Origin: Methanoregula sp.
GTDB lineage: Archaea > Halobacteriota > Methanomicrobia > Methanomicrobiales > Methanospirillaceae
DNA length: 55,830 nucleotides
Assembly: GCA_035256445.1 (NCBI GenBank)
Contig: DATEXZ010000070.1
Span: forward strand, 1 to 55,830
Direction: 5' to 3'
Made by a program: the position numbers and the translations under genes. The notes under the pieces are model-generated. The model ran no database searches. It worked only from the letters and a program-made list of their open reading frames with translations, and was not told where the DNA came from. How positions within the stretch are numbered: the first letter of the stretch is position 1; the number at the start of each line of letters is the position of its first letter. Positions 50,357-55,830 of this stretch are shown here, one piece after another.

Positions 50357-51649
50357 TTACCGCTGCCAGGGCGGGCGGCGCATAGGTGCGGTGATATCCC
50401 CGACAGTTTCACCCTCGCGCATCAGAGAAACCTGCGACCCCCGTATCAGTACCTCCGGGCAGCGGGGACGGCAGTTATACTGCGAGGACATGGCAAACCC
50501 GTACGCCCCGGCATCAAGGACCGCAATGATGTCACCGGCAGCAAGCTGCGGGAGTTTCCGGTCCGCTGCAATGATGTCTCCTGTTTCGCAGATGGGGCCC
50601 GTTACGGTATATTCTGTAGTGAGCGGAGCATCCGCTTTATTTGCAACAATGACCTCGTGATAGGCGTCATACATTGCCGGGCGGATGAGCAGGTTGAATC
50701 CGGCATCCACATTGGCAAATTTTTTGTGTGCCGATTTTGTCGAGTTTACCCGTGTCAGGAGGACTGTCGAATCAGCGACGAGCGAACGCCCGGGCTCAAC
50801 CCAGAGTTCCGGCGTGATCCCACAGGCTTCGACGCCGGCTTTGAAAACCGGGACGACCTTTGCTGCATAGTCTTCCGGTGAGGGGGCAGGATCGGTGTCG
50901 TGGTGGTAGGGGATCCCGAGTCCTCCCCCGAGATCGATGAACTCGAGCTTCACACCCATATCGGTGAGTTCCTGTGCAATCCGCACCATTACTTCGGCTG
51001 CCCGGACGAAGGGGTCGATATCGAGGATCTGCGAACCGATGTGGCAGTGTAACCCGACCGGCCGGATGTTTTTACAGGCAAGAGCCTCCCGGTATGCAGC
51101 GGGGATCTCCCTGTGGGGAATGCCAAACTTGCTTGTTGCAAGTCCTGTGGCAATCTTCGGGTGCGTCGGGACTTCAAGGGCCGGGTTCACCCGGAACGCG
51201 ATCTTCACCGTTTTTCCCGCGGCATTCGCGGCAGCATCGAGCTGGTGGAGTTCGTCGAGCGAATCTACCGATACCTTCACCCCTTTTTCGATAGCAAGCC
51301 TGAGGTCGGCAGGTGTTTTTGAACTGCCATTGAAGAGGAGTTTTTCCGGTGCTATGCCGGCATCAAGCGTGAGGTGGAGTTCTCCTGAAGAGAAGACATC
51401 CGCTCCTGCACCGGCCCGGGCGAGGGCCCGTATTACGGCAAGGTTGCCATTTGCCTTCGCCGCAAAAAGCACCTGCACTTTCGGGTACCGTGCCCCGAGA
51501 GCTTTTTTATAGCTCCCGAACTGCTCTACAACCCGGTCCTCGCTGGTTACGTACAGCGGTGTCCCAAACTTCTCCGCGAGAGCGACACAGTCCTGTCCAT
51601 TGATGTACAGGTGACCGTTTTTTATGGTCAGGTGGTGGGGGAGTTTCAC
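50357..51649 (-). CDS. lysA: Diaminopimelate decarboxylase
   Basis: FGTPLYV, AKAN, SKFG, HCHIGSQ, GGG.G, EPGR, GPICE, GAYG motifs. Confidence 0.97.
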   Translation of the reverse strand: MKLPHHLTIKNGHLYINGQDCVALAEKFGTPLYVTSEDRVVEQFGSYKKALGARYPKVQVLFAAKANGNLAVIRALARAGAGADVFSSGELHLTLDAGIAPEKLLFNGSSKTPADLRLAIEKGVKVSVDSLDELHQLDAAANAAGKTVKIAFRVNPALEVPTHPKIATGLATSKFGIPHREIPAAYREALACKNIRPVGLHCHIGSQILDIDPFVRAAEVMVRIAQELTDMGVKLEFIDLGGGLGIPYHHDTDPAPSPEDYAAKVVPVFKAGVEACGITPELWVEPGRSLVADSTVLLTRVNSTKSAHKKFANVDAGFNLLIRPAMYDAYHEVIVANKADAPLTTEYTVTGPICETGDIIAADRKLPQLAAGDIIAVLDAGAYGFAMSSQYNCRPRCPEVLIRGSQVSLMREGETVGDITAPMRRPPWQR

Positions 51650-52794
51650 AGGTCAAGCCTCCGCATCCGGTCCAGCGCCTCTTGTATCCGTGCAACCGGT
51701 CTCGTCAGGGCAAACCTCACGTATCCTTCCCCGCTGGAGCCAAAACCGATGCCGGGGGTTGCCACGATACCGGCTTCATTGAGCAGCTGTGCGGAAAATG
51801 CCATACAATCCCGTACCGGGAGCCAGACATAAAAGGTTGCTTTGGGTGATGGCACGTCAAAGCCCAGGTCCCGTAACCCTGAAATGAGGACGTCCCGGCG
51901 TTCCTGGTAGACCGAGCACGCCTCCTTGACACAGTCCTGTGGTCCCCGAAGAGCTGTAATCGCAGCCTGCTGTACTGCATTGAAGACTCCGGAGTCCACG
52001 TTGGTCTTGACCCGTCCCAGTCCTGCGAGTATCTCTGCATTGCCGACTGCCATGCCAATCCTCCAGCCGGTCATATTGTATGTCTTTGAAAGCGAGTGCA
52101 TCTCGATGCCGACCTCATCTGCCCCCGGTGTCTCCAGGAATGAAGGGGCTCGGTAACCGTCGTACGCGATCTCGGAGTACGCATTATCCGAAACTACGAC
52201 GATATCATGCTCCCGTGCAAAGTCAACAACCTCGCGGTAGAAGCCATCAGGTGCGACTGCCGCTGTCGGGTTGTTCGGGTAGTTGATGAACATGAGCTTT
52301 GCAGCCTTTACGACTTTTTTTGGGATATCGTCAAACACCGGAACAAAATTATTTTCCCGTATCAGTGGCATCTCATGCACAATCCCCTCGGCAAAAAGGG
52401 TGCCGGTCCGGTATACAGGATAGCCCGGGCTCGGGGCGAGTACATAGTCGCCCGGGTTCACAAAGGCTTCCGCGATATGCGCGATGCCGTCTTTGGAACC
52501 CATGAGGGCAATAACCTCTTTTCCCGGGTCGAGCTTGACGTTAAACCGGCTTTTATACCAGTCCGCTACGGCGCTCCGGTATGCCGGCATGCCGGAGTAG
52601 GAGGGATAATGGTGGTTTTCCGGATTCCCTGCTGCTTCGCAGAGCGATGTAACAATATGCTGCGGTGTGGGAAGGTCCGGATCTCCTACCCCGAGATCGA
52701 TGATGTCAACACCTTTTTTTTGTTGTTCAACTTTCATCTCATCGATCCGGGCAAAAAGGTACGGCGGGAGATTGCTCATGCGTGATGCGTACAT
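51646..52794 (-). CDS. dapL: LL-diaminopimelate aminotransferase
   Basis: LPPYLFA, GVGDPD, GSKDG, NYPNNPT, SLSKTYNMTGWR; overlaps lysA. Confidence 0.92.
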   Translation of the reverse strand: MYASRMSNLPPYLFARIDEMKVEQQKKGVDIIDLGVGDPDLPTPQHIVTSLCEAAGNPENHHYPSYSGMPAYRSAVADWYKSRFNVKLDPGKEVIALMGSKDGIAHIAEAFVNPGDYVLAPSPGYPVYRTGTLFAEGIVHEMPLIRENNFVPVFDDIPKKVVKAAKLMFINYPNNPTAAVAPDGFYREVVDFAREHDIVVVSDNAYSEIAYDGYRAPSFLETPGADEVGIEMHSLSKTYNMTGWRIGMAVGNAEILAGLGRVKTNVDSGVFNAVQQAAITALRGPQDCVKEACSVYQERRDVLISGLRDLGFDVPSPKATFYVWLPVRDCMAFSAQLLNEAGIVATPGIGFGSSGEGYVRFALTRPVARIQEALDRMRRLDL

Positions 52795-52990
52795 AGCTAA
52801 TACCTGTTGGTGTCCGGTGTTTATGGTAATTACGCTCCCGTCAGGCAGCCGTTTCTGACAGATTTCGTGGTGGATGATTATGCTTATTAATCAGGAACAA
52901 AAAATGACCCTCTATGGAGACCGAGCGGGAAAATTACCGGAACAGCACAGTTCTTCTGGCAGTCCGTAATGGAGCGAAGGGTGAGAGTGC

Positions 52991-53311
52991 ATGAGGTTGC
53001 CGGACGAAACAATCGTGGTCTTCTCTACCGCGCCTCCTGATACATCCGAATCACTGGCAAAAATGCTTATCGACCAGCATTTCGTTGCCTGTGTCAACGT
53101 GGTGCCGGTGCGTTCTTACTACCGGTGGAAAGGAGAGTCCTTCGATGAACAGGAACACCTCCTCATTGCCAAGACAACGCGGGAAAAAGCAGGGGAGGTT
53201 ATTGCTGCAATAAAGAGTCAGCATCCCTACGAGACGCCCGAGATTATCGCGCTTCCGATTATTGACGGGTACTTACCCTACCTTGAATGGGTGCGCCGGG
53301 AGACGCAGTGA
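52991..53311 (+). CDS. cutA: Divalent-cation tolerance protein CutA
   Basis: ACVN, SYYRWKG, HPYETPEI, YLEWV motifs. Confidence 0.93.
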   Translation: MRLPDETIVVFSTAPPDTSESLAKMLIDQHFVACVNVVPVRSYYRWKGESFDEQEHLLIAKTTREKAGEVIAAIKSQHPYETPEIIALPIIDGYLPYLEWVRRETQ

Positions 53312-54051
53312 TGGCTCTTAACTATCACCGGGCGATCCAGGTCAGGAACGGGTTGTCGGAAGGAATTGATGATGCAATAGTGATCGAGGACAGGTTCCGG
53401 ATATTTTTTAATGATTACCCGATTGCAGACATGGTCGCGAGTCGCAACCAGCTCCGGGAGCTCGGTGCCGGCTTTGTTATTACGGAAGGGATTACCCGCT
53501 GCGTTGATAAAGTCAGTCTTGATGGGGACAATATCCTTGTGTACTCTGATACCGGTTGTGATGCATCACGCTCAAAAAAGGTGGTAGGATCATCGGGAGG
53601 AGTCAGTATCCTCAGTGAACCCCTGCCCGTCTCATCCGATATCCATATTACCCCGGAAGATGTGTTTTCCTTCACCCGTGAGATCGAGACTGAAGAGTGG
53701 CGTAAGACCGGTGCAGTCCATTGTTCGGTGCTTTTCAGCGGACGCAGGTGTGTCGTAAAGAGCAGTGATGTGGGCAGGCATAATACCGTGGACAAGGTCG
53801 TTGGTCATGCCATCCTTCACGGGATCGATCTTTCCGGGTGTGTGATTGGCTGTACGGGAAGACAGCCTGCCGGCATGGTTAAAAAGAACGCAAACGCCGG
53901 AATTCCCGTGGTAATCTCCCGGGCCGCTTCGACAGATAAAGGAATCGCGACTGCCAATGCAGCAGGTATTACTCTCATCTGTTTTTCCCGGGGTGACCGG
54001 TTTACCATCTACACTCACCCTGAGCGCATTGACGGTATATCAGGTATGTGA
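53311..54051 (+). CDS. fdhD: Formate dehydrogenase accessory sulfurtransferase
   Basis: GFVITEG, TGAVH, DVGRHNTVDK, TGR...MV.K...AGIP, YTHPERI motifs. Confidence 0.93.
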   Translation: MALNYHRAIQVRNGLSEGIDDAIVIEDRFRIFFNDYPIADMVASRNQLRELGAGFVITEGITRCVDKVSLDGDNILVYSDTGCDASRSKKVVGSSGGVSILSEPLPVSSDIHITPEDVFSFTREIETEEWRKTGAVHCSVLFSGRRCVVKSSDVGRHNTVDKVVGHAILHGIDLSGCVIGCTGRQPAGMVKKNANAGIPVVISRAASTDKGIATANAAGITLICFSRGDRFTIYTHPERIDGISGM

Positions 54052-54115
54052 TGCACAAGATTATTGCCTGTGGCTGATGTAATGGAATGAGTACAAACGG
54101 CAGGAACTGGTCAAT

Positions 54116-54589
54116 TTGTCAGGTGAACCAACAACTCCTTTGGGAACTGCGCTCCTGGTGCTTGGGTGCCCGCAGGTGCCCGTACAGACAAGCATCGCGT
54201 TATATCTGATTAACCGCCTCAAAAAATCAGGCGTTGTACCTGTTGTTGCCGGCAATAAATCGGCAAATACGCTTCTGGTCATTGCGGACCCCGACCGTCA
54301 CTATCTGGGAGAGGTGATGGATCTCGACCGTGCGGTGGCTCTGATCTCCGAGAAGAAACGGGATTTTGACCGCTGCTTTGTTTTCATCCACAACGATGCC
54401 GGCATCAGCTATGCAGCGACCATGGGTGCGATTTCGAAGGCGAAACTATTCATCCTTATTTACGGGGAGCATTATGATGATCTGGTAAAGCAGGTTGACT
54501 TTCCCTGCACAATAATTGCGGCAAAAGCCGTGCATAACCCGATGCCCCTGAAAAAAGCGATTGATGAGGTAAAACCATGGGCTGCGTAG
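54116..54589 (+). CDS. DUF1890 family protein
   Basis: LLVLGCPQ.PVQ, ADPDRHY, FIHNDAG, AVHNPMPL; methanogen-conserved and paired with DUF1894. Confidence 0.82.
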   Translation: MSGEPTTPLGTALLVLGCPQVPVQTSIALYLINRLKKSGVVPVVAGNKSANTLLVIADPDRHYLGEVMDLDRAVALISEKKRDFDRCFVFIHNDAGISYAATMGAISKAKLFILIYGEHYDDLVKQVDFPCTIIAAKAVHNPMPLKKAIDEVKPWAA

Positions 54590-54852
54590 AGTCAATGAAC
54601 TATGAAATTCTCATGCGGGACGCGTCGTTCAGGGAATGCAGGGACTATATCAAACAACATTTTAAGGAGTTTATCGATGTCCAGCCGGGGTTCAAAATCT
54701 TTGACGTCTACCTCATCGGAGTTCCCCCGATTGCGATAGGACTTGACGCGGATTTTATCGTCTTCCCGTACACAAAACCCTGCCATGGCACGTTCCTTCT
54801 CCGGGTTGAGGATACCGCAGAAGCTGCCCGTCTCCGCACGCTGAAAAAGTGA
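54577..54852 (+). CDS. DUF1894 family protein
   Basis: MGCVE..NYEIL...IGVPPI...FPYTKPCHGTF pattern. Confidence 0.85.
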   Translation: MGCVESMNYEILMRDASFRECRDYIKQHFKEFIDVQPGFKIFDVYLIGVPPIAIGLDADFIVFPYTKPCHGTFLLRVEDTAEAARLRTLKK

Positions 54853-55021
54853 GCCGGTTGCGAGGGATAATTCCCGAAGTTTACTGCCCGGATACTATCG
54901 TGAAAAAGGATCAGTGCATGCTACCTCTCGCCGATCAGGCAATCACCCTGATTCCTGAAATCAGGGGCATAGTTTATTGTGGATAAGGCATGAATCACTA
55001 CACGATCAGAAGGACTTTTTG

Positions 55022-55417
55022 ATGCCTGCCAGGGGTAAAGTACTTGTTATGGATGACGAGCAGATCATCCTTGATATGACCCGCGAAGTCATGAAATTTC
55101 TTGATTACGATGTCATGTTTGCACAAGACGGGCTGGCTGCAATCGATCTCTATACCCGGGAGAAGGCTGCGGGTGCTCCGTTCGATGTCGTCATCCTCGA
55201 TCTCTCCGTCCCGTCAGGGCTTGGCGGCAAGGAGACGATTGTGCAGCTCAGGAAAATCGATCCCAGTGTGAAAGCCGTGATATCAAGCGGATATTCGGAT
55301 GATCCCGCGGTCAGGGATTTTTCAAACCACGGCTTTGATGAGAAACTGACAAAACCCTATAAAATACATGACCTGAAGAACATGCTTGAACAGATCATGA
55401 ATAAACCGCGGGCATAA
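55022..55417 (+). CDS. Stand-alone response regulator receiver domain
   Basis: VLVMDDE, VILDL..P, SSGY, KPY; ATG at 55022. Confidence 0.9.
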   Translation: MPARGKVLVMDDEQIILDMTREVMKFLDYDVMFAQDGLAAIDLYTREKAAGAPFDVVILDLSVPSGLGGKETIVQLRKIDPSVKAVISSGYSDDPAVRDFSNHGFDEKLTKPYKIHDLKNMLEQIMNKPRA

Positions 55418-55830
55418 TGCACGGGAACCCTGTATTTTTATATGCCTGACTTCTGGTTTCCGGAATGGATCTTTTACGTGTCTTCTTTTGCTGCCTACGG
55501 TACATAACATTCTCATCATGCTGTAATTTTTACGATTTGTACAGGTGCTCTTTGTCACCGATGGGTGCCCGGTGAATCTGCAGCAGCCGGCAGACACAGA
55601 AAATTCCAGGGGAAATCGACACTGAATCACCCGTCGCACAGTATCTGAGTTTTCCCGTCGGCTCATAATGCAGTACCCGGGCAAAGGGAACCGACTCCTC
55701 CAATACGGTTCAAGGGCATTTTCTCGCTTCTTATATCGCCGTTTTACCCGTATACGACAGCACTAAGGTATACATACATGTCCCGATCGTGACTGACCGA
55801 CCCCAGAGATAAAATATCTGACCAGAATTT

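Overview
Chromosomal segment of a hydrogenotrophic methanogenic archaeon, most likely Methanomicrobiales (Methanoregula-like). This is inferred from the McrA-type ycaO/tfuA pair, archaeal histone, radA, RPA, fen1, dapL, and PGF-CTERM/PEGA surface proteins. The left end holds an ArsR-controlled arsenic/thiol-redox cluster (ArsG- and ArsF-like genes, ArsP permease, thioredoxin, two DGC proteins, ferredoxin:thioredoxin reductase, double DUF2703) and a tungstate ABC transporter (tupABC). Most of the rest is housekeeping (hisD, pyrG, GMP synthase B, argD, hisC, fen, radA, rpa, lysA, dapL, fdhD) mixed with TPR proteins, lipoproteins and hypotheticals. Five things stand out. (1) A coupled glycosyltransferase / TPR+winged-helix / BrxD(DUF2791)-like ATPase operon with no other BREX or Shango genes. 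(2) A PolB2-type accessory gene pair without its polymerase, which shares an identically spaced TATA-like + CACTTTC box with radA. (3) Two families of structured GC-rich dispersed intergenic repeats. (4) A secreted metal-binding domain fused to a cytochrome b561-like domain. (5) Paralogous PH-like membrane proteins, one with a 135-bp tandem repeat. No tRNA, rRNA, CRISPR array, transposase or integrase was recognised. All family calls are from motif recognition, not database searches.
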